DNA of 64,000 nt from Candidatus Thalassarchaeum sp. (GTDB lineage Archaea > Thermoplasmatota > Poseidoniia > Poseidoniales > Thalassarchaeaceae), in the NCBI GenBank assembly GCA_016777225.1, contig JADHRW010000005.1, positions 11,857 through 75,856 on the forward strand, in the 5' to 3' direction. Positions 19,969 to 30,120 of this stretch are shown here, in pieces. The notes beneath the pieces are model-generated. The model saw only the letters and a program-made list of their open reading frames with translations, searched no databases and was not told the origin of the DNA. The translations under genes and the position numbers were made by a program. Numbering within the stretch: position 1 is the first letter of the stretch; the number at the start of each line of letters is the position of its first letter.

Positions 19969-21621
19969 ATGGGTTTGGATGAGCGCTCTTGGGATACGAT
20001 TGCCTCGGAGAGTGTTCTTCTCAATGCAGTTAGCAAATGGAGAGATGACTCAGACACATGGTTGAAACACTCTGTAGAAAGATTATCTGAGACAGTCAGA
20101 GTAAACCCTCTAAGAAATGATAAAGAATGGGTTGAAAATTGGCTTAAAGCAAACGGTGCTAAAAAAATAGATTGGTTTACTGGTGTAGGAAGTGCATGGA
20201 TTTTACCTTTTGAAAGAGGAAAAGCAGAAGGGGATATTAAAATAATATTATCAGCATTACATGAAACTGGTCGATTAACTCGTCAAGAGGCTGTTTCTAT
20301 GATACCAGCAATTGCTTTGGATGCGAAACCAGGAGATGTCGTTCTTGATATGTGTGCTAGTCCTGGCTCTAAAACAACGCAAATTGCTGAACATCTAAAT
20401 GAAAAAGGAATTGTAATGGCTAATGAAGTAGTGAATAGTAGGATTAATACATTAGTTGCTAATACTAAACGCCATGGTTCCATTACACCAATTATTGTAC
20501 ATCATGATGGGCGATTTATACCTAAAGTACCTGTAAGTGGCTTTGATAAAATTCTAGTTGATGCGCCCTGTACTGGTTCGGCCACAACAAGGAAGAATCC
20601 TGATGTTTGGAATAAGTGGCTACCATCCGGAGGTCGAACTCTACATAAATTACAGCTTGAATTATTAGTTAGGGCGATAAATCTCACTAAACCAGGTGGT
20701 AAAATAGTATATTCTACTTGTTCTCTTGATCCAGTTGAAAATGAAGCAGTTATTGCAGAAATTCTTAGGAGATTTAACTATATTTCTTTAGTTTCACCTA
20801 CAGATTTGATAAAGAAAATACCTAGCAGAGAAGGGTTTATTGAATGGCCAAATCTAGATGATAATGGGATGATTTCTGATAATATCAATATAGAAAAATC
20901 AATGTCATCTCCTGATGAATATGATATTAAAGAACAACTTCCAAATTGTTTAAGAATATGGAATGATGATGTAGATGCAGGGGGTTTCTTTGTAGCAATA
21001 TTAGCAAAATCATCAAATTATCAAGAGCCTAATGTTGAGATTGATAGAATATTAGAGCCAGAACAAATCAAGCCTGATGAGAGTAATTTTCCACAACCAA
21101 TCGAATCAGATATGCACACTATGATTAAACAAAATCTAGGCTGGGAACAAGAAAATCTGTGGATTAGAGGTAAGAATATATTGTGGTCTACTACGGAAGC
21201 GAGAGAAATATGGAAATCAGAAAGAAGCAAAAGAAGTGGACGGACTCTCATACCTGGAAATCGATGGAGGCCACTGAGAGTTATACACCTCGGATTATTA
21301 AGTCTAAAGTTAGAAAAAAATAAAATGGAGCGGGTTTATGGGAGAGCGGTTAGAAAAATTGTTCCTGAAATTAAATCAGGCAAATCAGAAGTCAGCAGTC
21401 AAGTCATTAATGAATTATTAATTGGTAAAGAGCCTCCTGCTTATGAGATAAGCCTGGAGTTAGACCAAATACGAGGTGGACATTTATTAATCGAAGAAAA
21501 TCAAGGAGAATGTCTGCCCGTTTGGATAGGAGGGAGGGTATCGCTGATGATTTCTGAACAAGAAAGAAGAATATTGAGAGCAAAAAGGAAATTACCAATA
21601 ATTCTAGATGAAGAAGAATGA
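19969..21621 (+). CDS. RsmB/NOP2 family RNA m5C methyltransferase
   Basis: VLDMCASPGSKT, FDKILVDAPCTG, VYSTCSLDPVENE, GFFVA. Confidence 0.93.
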   Translation: MGLDERSWDTIASESVLLNAVSKWRDDSDTWLKHSVERLSETVRVNPLRNDKEWVENWLKANGAKKIDWFTGVGSAWILPFERGKAEGDIKIILSALHETGRLTRQEAVSMIPAIALDAKPGDVVLDMCASPGSKTTQIAEHLNEKGIVMANEVVNSRINTLVANTKRHGSITPIIVHHDGRFIPKVPVSGFDKILVDAPCTGSATTRKNPDVWNKWLPSGGRTLHKLQLELLVRAINLTKPGGKIVYSTCSLDPVENEAVIAEILRRFNYISLVSPTDLIKKIPSREGFIEWPNLDDNGMISDNINIEKSMSSPDEYDIKEQLPNCLRIWNDDVDAGGFFVAILAKSSNYQEPNVEIDRILEPEQIKPDESNFPQPIESDMHTMIKQNLGWEQENLWIRGKNILWSTTEAREIWKSERSKRSGRTLIPGNRWRPLRVIHLGLLSLKLEKNKMERVYGRAVRKIVPEIKSGKSEVSSQVINELLIGKEPPAYEISLELDQIRGGHLLIEENQGECLPVWIGGRVSLMISEQERRILRAKRKLPIILDEEE

Positions 21622-21712
21622 CGCTGAATCTAGACAAATGACTAGAAATATATTGAAATAAATAGCATATGTTCAATAGCCGCACTCAGAGAGAGTCAGT
21701 TAGGGTGAAATT

Positions 21713-22159
21713 TTGTTAGATGAAATAGATCAAAAAATAATAAGAGTTCTTGAGAAAGACGCTAGAACTTCATTAAGGAAAATCTCTGAACTTGTTGATG
21801 TGTCCCTTGGAACTGTTTCCAATAGAGTTAAGAAAATGGAAAAAAATGGAGTTATTAAAGGATATTCAGTTATTCTTAATCCTGATGAAATAGGTTGGGA
21901 ATTAAATGTCGTAATTGGCTTAAGAATCCAAAAAGGTAGATTAATTGAAATTCAAGAAAAGATTGCTCAGGATTCGAGAGTTCATGGAGTATATGATGTA
22001 ACAGGAGACTTTGATTCAATGGTCATAGCTAGAGCAAAAAATAGGAAAGACTTAGATGATTTATCAAAAAATGTGCTATCAATTGATGGAGTAGAAAGAT
22101 CTATCACACATCTTGTACTTAATACAGTAAAGGAGAAACCAGCATCATTACCAAATTAA
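21713..22159 (+). CDS. Lrp/AsnC family transcriptional regulator
   Basis: LDEIDQKIIRVLEKDAR HTH, RVKKMEKNGVIKGY, YDVTGDFD RAM domain; TTG start after GGGTGA. Confidence 0.93.
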   Translation: MLDEIDQKIIRVLEKDARTSLRKISELVDVSLGTVSNRVKKMEKNGVIKGYSVILNPDEIGWELNVVIGLRIQKGRLIEIQEKIAQDSRVHGVYDVTGDFDSMVIARAKNRKDLDDLSKNVLSIDGVERSITHLVLNTVKEKPASLPN

Positions 22160-22163
22160 GAAA

Positions 22164-22634
22164 TCATAATTCAGATATTATTTGGTTGAAAATCTCTGAG
22201 TATGGGCTAATTGATTCTACTGTACGACATTCTGATTTGAGTTGCTTGGATAATACCGACCTTAATCTCTCATCTATTCTTATATCCATTGATTCTAAAC
22301 GTTCTTTGAATGAATTTTGGAGACTATCTCCAGTTCGATCCCAATCCATTAGTAAAATTATTTTAGGCAGGCCATCGAGTGCTAAATCAGAACCATATTT
22401 TTCATATAAATATGCTATCATTCGAGAGCGATCCCAGCCTCTATTAATTGTTTCTATAATTCCAGAAAAGCCAATTCTTCTAAGACATTTTACATCTTTA
22501 ATCCCTTCTACTAATAATGGACAATTATAGCCGCCATGGCTTATATTACGATTCCTAATAATTGATTCTTGAATAGATTTCGCGGCTATAATAAATCTCT
22601 CTTCATGAGTATTTGGGAACTCTTTTGTAGGCAT
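22164..22634 (-). CDS. Small stand-alone Toprim-domain protein
   Basis: LLVEGIKD...L, IILLMDWDRTG. Confidence 0.85.
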   Translation of the reverse strand: MPTKEFPNTHEERFIIAAKSIQESIIRNRNISHGGYNCPLLVEGIKDVKCLRRIGFSGIIETINRGWDRSRMIAYLYEKYGSDLALDGLPKIILLMDWDRTGDSLQNSFKERLESMDIRIDERLRSVLSKQLKSECRTVESISPYSEIFNQIISEL

Positions 22635-22636
22635 TT

Positions 22637-22936
22637 TTATTCACCAAGCAGAGATAAAATCTGTTCATATTTAATATTTTTAATTCGAACGGTTTTTCGG
22701 CGACTCTTATGTCCATTTTCTAAAGACACATTTTTTTTATTTATTGATGCCCAACTAGAGATTAATTCTAATAATTCGGAATTTGCTCTACCTGAAATTG
22801 GAGGAGACGTAACTGATACTTTCAGCCGACCTCTCCATTGCCCAACTCCTAATATTCTTTTTTGGCTAGAATTTGACAGTATTACAAGGAATATTATTAC
22901 ATCGTCACCAGAGTCCACTAACCATCTCTGTGACAT
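22637..22936 (-). CDS. DUF167 (UPF0235/YggU) family protein
   Basis: WRGRLKVSVTSPPISGRANSEL, G.KSRRKTV. Confidence 0.82.
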   Translation of the reverse strand: MSQRWLVDSGDDVIIFLVILSNSSQKRILGVGQWRGRLKVSVTSPPISGRANSELLELISSWASINKKNVSLENGHKSRRKTVRIKNIKYEQILSLLGE

Positions 22937-23059
22937 TTCAATATAGCCCCGTTAATGATGGTTTAGAAATTATTCTAATAGTTGTCTCTGAGCAGTTAGT
23001 AAGGTACACTATCCGCGACACTTATGAGTAGGTTTCACTCCCGATGAAACGAGATTAGC

Positions 23060-23815
23060 ATGGCTGTGACATCACCTCTCTTCAACGTACTTTGGGACGA
23101 GTATATTCTTTGGTCTTTGTTAGTAGGTGTTTTTACCTTCGGATGGTTATATCACCACTCTTTTGCATATCGTTCTACAGATGGCGAAAATGTGCCAAAT
23201 GTAGATGAATTAAAGGTTGGTGTTTTTCCAAAACATAATGACGACTTGAAATTAGAAGTTGCCTGGACTGTTGCCCCATTTCTTCTTATTATTTACTTAA
23301 CATATATTTCATGGGCTCCGTTAGATCATGTATGGGCCGCTGCAGGGTCGGACGCAAGAGGAGATGAATGCTTACTAGGCGAATCATCCAACAATATATT
23401 CTATGCCGATACAGGATTCGTTGATTCTGAGTGTTATCATGTTATTGAAATAACAGGTCAACAATGGTTCTGGTCATTTGACTGTGACCCTAATTTAGAT
23501 GACGAATATAGTACAAGAAACTTCAGTTTGGGTGCAGATTTATGTGCTGTTTCTAGTCAAATGATTGAAGGTTATGGGATGCAACCTGTAATTAATTTGA
23601 AAGCCGGGGAAACATATCTACTTGTCATGGAATCTGAAGATGTAACTCATGCACCCTGGTTCTTACAATTAAGTACAAAAGAAGATGTTCTTCAAGGACA
23701 GAAAACCACAATGTGGCTTCCTATGACAGATGTGGGGGATTCATTGATTCTTTGTACAGAATATTGTGGAGATTCTCATTCGCTTATGGCAGCAGTAGTA
23801 TCAGTGCATAGTTAG
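23060..23815 (+). CDS. coxB: Cytochrome c oxidase subunit II
   Basis: Two TMs, LEVAWT, GQQWFWSF, CuA ligands DVTH...CTEYCGDSHSLM. Confidence 0.93.
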   Translation: MAVTSPLFNVLWDEYILWSLLVGVFTFGWLYHHSFAYRSTDGENVPNVDELKVGVFPKHNDDLKLEVAWTVAPFLLIIYLTYISWAPLDHVWAAAGSDARGDECLLGESSNNIFYADTGFVDSECYHVIEITGQQWFWSFDCDPNLDDEYSTRNFSLGADLCAVSSQMIEGYGMQPVINLKAGETYLLVMESEDVTHAPWFLQLSTKEDVLQGQKTTMWLPMTDVGDSLILCTEYCGDSHSLMAAVVSVHS

Positions 23816-23829
23816 TTGGGGGAATAGAT

Positions 23830-26205
23830 ATGAACAGGGAAAAAATAATATCCAGAACTCTAGTAATTTTCACAGTATTGCTTTTGGGAATGGTTGCAGT
23901 TCCATCTGCTACATCATTACCAACAGGTGTGGCTGGAGTCAAAGATTCGGGATGTAATTGCCACGGAGCAGTAGTGAGTGATTCAGTTATTCCAACATTA
24001 GAGGGATTGCCTGAAACATATAATTATTCAGAAATCTACACATTAAATATAGCTTTCACAGGAGGGCCTGCTGATCCTGCAAATATTAATCAGGGCGGAT
24101 TTAATCTATGGGTAAGTGATGGAACGATTACGCCTAGTGATGCATCTGTTCAATCATGGAATCCGAATGAAGTATCTCACACCGATGCTGGAAACGATCA
24201 AACGTCTTGGACTGTCGAATGGACAGCTCCTGCTAATGACAGAAATGTACAATTCATTCTACATACTAACTCTGTCAATGGAAATGCAGGTAGTGCAGAA
24301 GGTGGAACAATTGGAGACGAGTGGAATCGACTCAGCATTCAGATTTCTTCTCCTGTTGTGATATTGGAACAAGCCAATCCATATACAGTATTGACAACGC
24401 TAATTGTGGTTAGCTTTGTATTATTATTGACAGTATTAACATTCATCTTCTATCAGAATAATCCTGAATCTTTTGATTGGGAACACTTTGCGCCATGGGT
24501 TGCTGGATGGTTGACTACAACTGATCATAAGAGAGTCGGTACACTGTACTTCTTAGCTGGATTCTTTTTCCTTGGAATTGGAGGAATAATGGCTATATTG
24601 ATTAGAATTCAATTAATGGTACCTGGAAATGATTTCCTAACTCAAGACCAATATAACCAATTTTTCACACTCCACGGAACCACAATGATATTTTTAGCCG
24701 CTATGCCCCTAATTAATGGTGCAGCCAATTGGATGGTCCCCCTACAGATAGGGGCTCCTGACCTTGCCCTACCGAGGTTAAACGCAATGAGTTTCTGGCT
24801 ACAACCAGTCGGTGCCGTCTTAATTTTCACAGGAGTATTTTCGGGAACTGGAGCAGATACTGGTTGGACCGGGTACGCGCCCTATATTGTGAGTGAGACG
24901 GCGCATGTAGGAACTACAATGTGGGTTGCTGGACAAATACTACTCGTAGCATCATCGACTTTAACCGGAATAAATTTCTTGACAACTATTGCAGTCATGA
25001 GAGCCCCAGGCATGGGTTGGATGCAAATGCCGCTATTTACGTGGTCAATTCTTGTAGCTAACCTAATGCTATTCCTATCAATACCTGCATTTGGTGTAGG
25101 GCTGATTCAAGTATATCTCGATAGAGTAATTGGGACGGCTTTCTACGATGCTGCATCCGGAGGAGATCCGTTACTCTGGAGCCATTTATTTTGGTACTTT
25201 GGTCATCCAGAAGTTTACGTTGTGATTGTACCTGCTTTCGGAATTATATCAGAAGTAATCGCAACTAGTGCTAGACGTTCAGTATTTGGATATCGTTCAA
25301 TGGTCTACGCCATGGCAGGGATAGGAGTTGTGTCATTTATTGTGTATGGACACCATATGTTCACGTCCGGCATGGACCCTACGCTAAGATTCGTTACGAT
25401 GCTAACTACTATGCTTGTTGCCGTACCTACGGGGATTAAGATATTCAATTGGTTAATGACAATGAATGGAGGAAGTTTAGTATATCGCACTCATACACTA
25501 TGGGCTCTAGGATTCTTAGTAACATTCACATTGGGTGGAATTTCAGGTATGTTCTTCCCAAGTATGGCCATGGATCTACATTTCCACGAATCATACTTCG
25601 TAGTTGCTCACTTCCATTATGTATTAGTTGGAGGTACTGTTTTCGGACTATTCTGTGGAGTTTACTATTGGTTCCCTAAGATGAGTGGAAAGATGTTAAA
25701 TGAGAAATTAGGAGTTCTACATTTCCTGACTGCATTCGTAACATATAATGGGATATTTTGGCCTATGCACAGATTAGGCGTATGGGGAATGGCGCGTCGT
25801 CATCATACCTACTTCATTTCAGTAGATGAAGTAAGAGGAGTCGATGGGGAAATAATCACTGAAGCAGTTCTTGGAGCATTACCTCCTGAAGCTGCTGGAT
25901 GGAATATGTTCATCACAGTCAATGCAATATTATTCTTCTTCAGTAACTTTATTCTAATTGCCAATGTAGTCATCTCATTAGTAAGAGGAGAAAAAGCACC
26001 TGCAGATCCATGGGGTGGATGGTCTTTCGAGTGGCTAACAGATTCCCCGCCACCTACACCATCATTCGGACGATTTGAAAATGGAGAGTGGCATGATTTA
26101 CCCACACTTGCAGATGCCAATGAGCATGTAGCACATGAGCCAAGTAGACTTGGGATCTGGTTTAGTAAACTCATGGTAGCAGATAAAGAGGAGGTGGAAA
26201 ATTGA
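23830..26205 (+). CDS. coxA: Cytochrome c oxidase subunit I (A1 type) with N-terminal extracellular CxCH/reeler-like domain
   Basis: TDHKRVG, FTLHGTTM, FGHPEVY, GHHMF, PTGIKIF, AHFHYV; ~190-aa N-terminal extension with signal peptide and GCNCHG. Confidence 0.95.
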   Translation: MNREKIISRTLVIFTVLLLGMVAVPSATSLPTGVAGVKDSGCNCHGAVVSDSVIPTLEGLPETYNYSEIYTLNIAFTGGPADPANINQGGFNLWVSDGTITPSDASVQSWNPNEVSHTDAGNDQTSWTVEWTAPANDRNVQFILHTNSVNGNAGSAEGGTIGDEWNRLSIQISSPVVILEQANPYTVLTTLIVVSFVLLLTVLTFIFYQNNPESFDWEHFAPWVAGWLTTTDHKRVGTLYFLAGFFFLGIGGIMAILIRIQLMVPGNDFLTQDQYNQFFTLHGTTMIFLAAMPLINGAANWMVPLQIGAPDLALPRLNAMSFWLQPVGAVLIFTGVFSGTGADTGWTGYAPYIVSETAHVGTTMWVAGQILLVASSTLTGINFLTTIAVMRAPGMGWMQMPLFTWSILVANLMLFLSIPAFGVGLIQVYLDRVIGTAFYDAASGGDPLLWSHLFWYFGHPEVYVVIVPAFGIISEVIATSARRSVFGYRSMVYAMAGIGVVSFIVYGHHMFTSGMDPTLRFVTMLTTMLVAVPTGIKIFNWLMTMNGGSLVYRTHTLWALGFLVTFTLGGISGMFFPSMAMDLHFHESYFVVAHFHYVLVGGTVFGLFCGVYYWFPKMSGKMLNEKLGVLHFLTAFVTYNGIFWPMHRLGVWGMARRHHTYFISVDEVRGVDGEIITEAVLGALPPEAAGWNMFITVNAILFFFSNFILIANVVISLVRGEKAPADPWGGWSFEWLTDSPPPTPSFGRFENGEWHDLPTLADANEHVAHEPSRLGIWFSKLMVADKEEVEN

Positions 26206-27266
26206 GCGATCATGATGAACATCATCACCCAAGTGCATGGGGACCACACGATTGGACACACGGTGCTCCGCATAATTCGTGGTCACCTTTGATAATGAGT
26301 ATGGGATTTGGAATATTCTTGTTTATGCTAGCTGAGGCATTTACGAACGGTGTGTTTAATGCAGGCTATGTCCCACTGGTTTTTGTTGGGCTTTTCGTTT
26401 CATTAGTAGGATTAATAATTTGGTGGAGACAAGACATGTCTTTCGATGGCACCTATGAACCAATGGCAACAGGTGCACCCTTCAAGAATATACAAATCCG
26501 TAAAGTGGCGATTTGGGTTTTCCTAATGTCAGAGATGATGGTTTTTACATCACTATTTAGTACATATATTAGATACCGAACTGGTATTGAAAACTGTCAA
26601 ACTGTATTTGAGAGAGGCGATTGGATGCAACAAGGATATACCTTAGAAACTGGAGAAGCGCTAATCTGTTTTGAACCAGCAAGTCACCTAATAGCATCAA
26701 GTATGTGGCATATTGCTCCAGGAGCAATCAATACATTCGCTCTAATTATCTCATCATTCACAATTGTTCAAGCTCTAAGATGGGCTAAGAAACCATTCGG
26801 CACCATAGATGAAGAAGTTCGTAGAAAGAGAGTGTTTAGATATCTTGGAAGCACATGGATTTTAGCAATAATTTTCCTTATACTGAAGATGACTGAATGG
26901 TTTATTGGTTTCTATGTACCTGAAATCGAGATACTGGGAATACACGAACACCACATTCATTCTCTATATGCAGAAGGTTATTTGATTAATGCAGATCATT
27001 ATCATCATCACGATTGGGTTGATGAAGCCACAGGAGCAACTATGCTTGCAGACATCAGTGTCAGTGCGAGTACGTTTTATGTTACAACTGGAACTCATGG
27101 GGTGCATGTTGCTGGTGGAATAATTGGATTGACATACATGACATTCAAGGCATGGACAGGAGGATATACTCCAAAAAATGCAGTGTCTATCGAATATTTC
27201 GGTTTATATTGGCATTTCGTCGATCTCGTTTGGGTACTAGTATTCCCATTCTTCTATCTATATTAA
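26202..27266 (+). CDS. coxC: Cytochrome c oxidase subunit III
   Basis: SWSPL, WVFLMSEMMVF, TGTHGVHV, GLYWHFVDLVW; TTG start overlaps coxA stop, GGAGGTGG SD. Confidence 0.92.
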   Translation: MSDHDEHHHPSAWGPHDWTHGAPHNSWSPLIMSMGFGIFLFMLAEAFTNGVFNAGYVPLVFVGLFVSLVGLIIWWRQDMSFDGTYEPMATGAPFKNIQIRKVAIWVFLMSEMMVFTSLFSTYIRYRTGIENCQTVFERGDWMQQGYTLETGEALICFEPASHLIASSMWHIAPGAINTFALIISSFTIVQALRWAKKPFGTIDEEVRRKRVFRYLGSTWILAIIFLILKMTEWFIGFYVPEIEILGIHEHHIHSLYAEGYLINADHYHHHDWVDEATGATMLADISVSASTFYVTTGTHGVHVAGGIIGLTYMTFKAWTGGYTPKNAVSIEYFGLYWHFVDLVWVLVFPFFYLY

Positions 27267-27276
27267 GGTGAAAAAA

Positions 27277-27636
27277 ATGGCACATTACAAAATTTTGGGA
27301 AAAGACCCTTACTGGATGAATTTCTATGGATTAATGATTTTGACTTTAATCGAAGTAGCAGCAGTGGGTATGGATTTAACTGAGACTGCTGCAAATATTG
27401 GTTATACTGAGAAAGAATTAACTCTGTTTATTCTAGTTGCTATCGGTTTACCTAAATTCATTATGATTGCAGCAATTTTTATGCATTTATGGGGGGATGA
27501 AGATTCAAAAATATTAACACTTACAGCACTGTTTCCATCATTTTTCATCATAGTTATGATACTATTCATCGGATTAACACATCCTGAAGCTACTACTGGA
27601 TTACCAGAGTGGTGCAGACCTGGATTCTACACTTGA
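27277..27636 (+). CDS. coxD: Cytochrome c oxidase subunit IV
   Basis: Three TMs, LTLIE, KF.MI...FMHL; last gene of the operon; AGGTGA SD before ATG 27277. Confidence 0.8.
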   Translation: MAHYKILGKDPYWMNFYGLMILTLIEVAAVGMDLTETAANIGYTEKELTLFILVAIGLPKFIMIAAIFMHLWGDEDSKILTLTALFPSFFIIVMILFIGLTHPEATTGLPEWCRPGFYT

Positions 27637-27679
27637 AAATTGTAAAGTTCATGTCTGATGAGTGATTCGATAGAGCGCG

Positions 27680-27765
27680 GCCGAGATCGCATAGCCCGGT
27701 ATTGCGGTGGATTTGAAATCCACTGTCCATTGGACTCGGGGGTTCAAATCCCTCTCTCGGCGCCA
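27680..27765 (+). tRNA. tRNA-Ser(UGA)
   Basis: Acceptor GCCGAGA/TCTCGGC, anticodon arm GTGGA-TTTGAAA-TCCAC, long variable arm, GGTTCAAATCC, encoded CCA. Confidence 0.95.
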
Positions 27766-27768
27766 CTA

Positions 27769-28815
27769 TTACTCATTAGGAATTGAAGATGCTCCACGGA
27801 CTATTAACTGATCCTCATGATATTTCATTGAAACAGGCGTGGTTAGAACAGCTTCGCCGTCAACATTAACAAACATTATTGGATTATGACTTTCGTTAGA
27901 CGGGTTACCATCTTCATCTACTGCCCTTACTTCTAGAGATTTTGAAGGTTGCATACTAATTTTACCCCACTTCCCTATATGAGTTCCTTTTTCCAATGGA
28001 CCCATTATTAGGAGCATCTGTAATTTAGAAAGACCGAACGCTAGTATTAGTGAACCATGATTCTGAATTGGAGATGCCCCTGGTGTTACCTTGAATCCAC
28101 CGCCAAATGTCTGGCATTGAGAAAGACAAAATAAACCTGAAAATTCTATTATACGCCCAGGTTCATCATCGACTTTTATCCAACCTCGTTGTTTCTTCCA
28201 TCCAATTATCGCTCTTATCCCTAAGAAAGTATACTTCATCTGACCTCTTATCCATTTGAATTTCCCCTCATTCTTCATACGATTAACTGCAGAAGTAACT
28301 CCACTATCAATTTCTAAAAAGCTCCATCGAACCATATTTCCAGCAATATCTGGGTTACCATTTACAGGGTGATGTTGAGGATCTGGAATATTCTCGTCAC
28401 CAGGAGCAGGGGGGCCTTCAACTCTGACGGCACCGACTATTCTATCAGTACCATTAGATAGAATATCTACAGCACCTTGCATATCTGGAAACTTTTTTCC
28501 TCTAGGGATAGGAATTCCATGAGCTCTAGCATAATCATTACCGCTACCTATTGGTAAAATACCTAATTTCATTTTTGAGCCTCTAAGACCTGATGCGACT
28601 TCATGTACAGTTCCATCGCCTCCAACTGCTACTACTAACTCATAATCATCGTTTGATAGACTATGAGCTATCTCAGTTGCATGACCTGAGAACTCAGTGT
28701 AGTGTAAGTCTATTTCAAAACCTGCTGCCTTCAAAGCAGGTTCAAATGAATCCCATTGTTTCACAGATAATCCATCACGGGCTTTAGGGTTGAGGATACA
28801 CGCAATACGTGTCAT
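27769..28815 (-). CDS. Diacylglycerol kinase family (YegS/DagK-like) lipid kinase
   Basis: ILNPKA, VAVGGDGTVHEV, LPIGSGNDYAR, FGGGF, NVDGE; ATG 28815. Confidence 0.9.
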   Translation of the reverse strand: MTRIACILNPKARDGLSVKQWDSFEPALKAAGFEIDLHYTEFSGHATEIAHSLSNDDYELVVAVGGDGTVHEVASGLRGSKMKLGILPIGSGNDYARAHGIPIPRGKKFPDMQGAVDILSNGTDRIVGAVRVEGPPAPGDENIPDPQHHPVNGNPDIAGNMVRWSFLEIDSGVTSAVNRMKNEGKFKWIRGQMKYTFLGIRAIIGWKKQRGWIKVDDEPGRIIEFSGLFCLSQCQTFGGGFKVTPGASPIQNHGSLILAFGLSKLQMLLIMGPLEKGTHIGKWGKISMQPSKSLEVRAVDEDGNPSNESHNPIMFVNVDGEAVLTTPVSMKYHEDQLIVRGASSIPNE

Positions 28816-28903
28816 GATTACACCAGTAAGGAGTCGAGACTTGAATGCTCGCAAAGCGAGGAATCATGAGTAAAGGATACTTCGAAGGTTTAGAGGGCAT
28901 CCT

Positions 28904-29986
28904 ATGGACGATGAAGATTTCATGCGTCAAGCTATTAAATTAGCAGAAAAAGGACGATATTCAGTAAGACCAAATCCACTTGTCGGTTGCGTATTAGTGA
29001 GAGATGGAGAAATCATTGCTAAAGGATGGCACGACCATATTGGAGGACTTCATGCTGAGCAAATGGCGATTGCTGATGCTGAATCTAGAGGTGTAGAAAC
29101 TCAAGGAGCTATTGCTTATGTCACCCTCGAACCATGTAATCATTTTGGAAGAACTCCTCCTTGCAGTGAAGCATTAATGTGGGCTGGAGTGAAGAAAGTA
29201 GTGATTGGTGCTACAGACCCGAACCCTACTGTTAGAGGAGGAGGTTTAGAAGCTCTGAAACGAGAAGGAATAGATGTTGAAATTGGAGTTTTAGAAAAAG
29301 AATGCAATCAACAAATGTCTGCATTCATGCATTGGTGCAAATATAGAAGGCCGTATGTGCTTCTGAAGGCAGCTACAGATAATAATGGGAGAATAGATGG
29401 AGATCCAGAGAAGCCTGCTGTAAGATTTTCATCTAAAGAGTCGTTAGAATTAGTACATGAAATAAGAAGAGATTCTATGGCAATAGTTGTTGGAATAAAT
29501 ACTGTGATTAGAGATGATCCTAAGTTGACAGTAAGGGAGGGTAAAAGTTCTACCACTGATATTACACCCAAAAGAGTTGTAATTGATCCAAAAAATAGAA
29601 TTCCAAATGATTGTTACTTAATGACCACTGCTGATGCTAAAACATATCTAATTAATGCGAAGAAATATGATTCTAGTAACGATAAGGAACATGTCAATAG
29701 AATTGTTTTACCTTCTGAAAATGGGAAAATTGACATTAAGAAAATACTGGATTACTTAGGAGATTTAGAAGTTCAAACACTGCTAGTAGAAGGAGGATTA
29801 GAAACTTGGAAATGTTTCTTAGAAGAAAAACTTGTAGATTCTGCTCATCTTTGTATATCAGAAATAGAATTGAAAGCAAAAAATAAAAATTACTTCCACA
29901 AAAGTCATCTTGAAGAGGCGGGATTGGTTTTAAAAAGTGAAATTAAATTAGGCAGTGATATCATTACTAAATGGGAAAGAAATTAA
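28904..29986 (+). CDS. ribD: Bifunctional riboflavin deaminase/reductase RibD
   Basis: PNPLVGCV, HAE, YVTLEPCNHFGRTPPC, DDPKLTVR, LLVEGG. Confidence 0.94.
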   Translation: MDDEDFMRQAIKLAEKGRYSVRPNPLVGCVLVRDGEIIAKGWHDHIGGLHAEQMAIADAESRGVETQGAIAYVTLEPCNHFGRTPPCSEALMWAGVKKVVIGATDPNPTVRGGGLEALKREGIDVEIGVLEKECNQQMSAFMHWCKYRRPYVLLKAATDNNGRIDGDPEKPAVRFSSKESLELVHEIRRDSMAIVVGINTVIRDDPKLTVREGKSSTTDITPKRVVIDPKNRIPNDCYLMTTADAKTYLINAKKYDSSNDKEHVNRIVLPSENGKIDIKKILDYLGDLEVQTLLVEGGLETWKCFLEEKLVDSAHLCISEIELKAKNKNYFHKSHLEEAGLVLKSEIKLGSDIITKWERN

Positions 29987-30015
29987 TCAGTGATTATATA
30001 ATTCTAATTTCAATG

Positions 30016-30090
30016 TGGTGGGCCGTCCAGGATTCGAACCCGGGGCAAGGCGTCCGAAGCGCCCCATTTTATCCACTAAACTAACAGCCC
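30016..30090 (-). tRNA. tRNA-Arg(UCG)
   Basis: Reverse complement GGGCTGT...GGGCG-CTTCGGA-CGCCT...GGTTCGAATCC...ACGGCCC-A-CCA. Confidence 0.93.
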
Positions 30091-30120
30091 AGTAATTGAA
30101 CGTGCAAGGGTAATCTGATT

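Noticed and set aside
27680-30090. Segment between the two tRNAs as an integrated element
   Set aside because: Contains only a lipid kinase and ribD; I saw no duplicated tRNA 3' ends.
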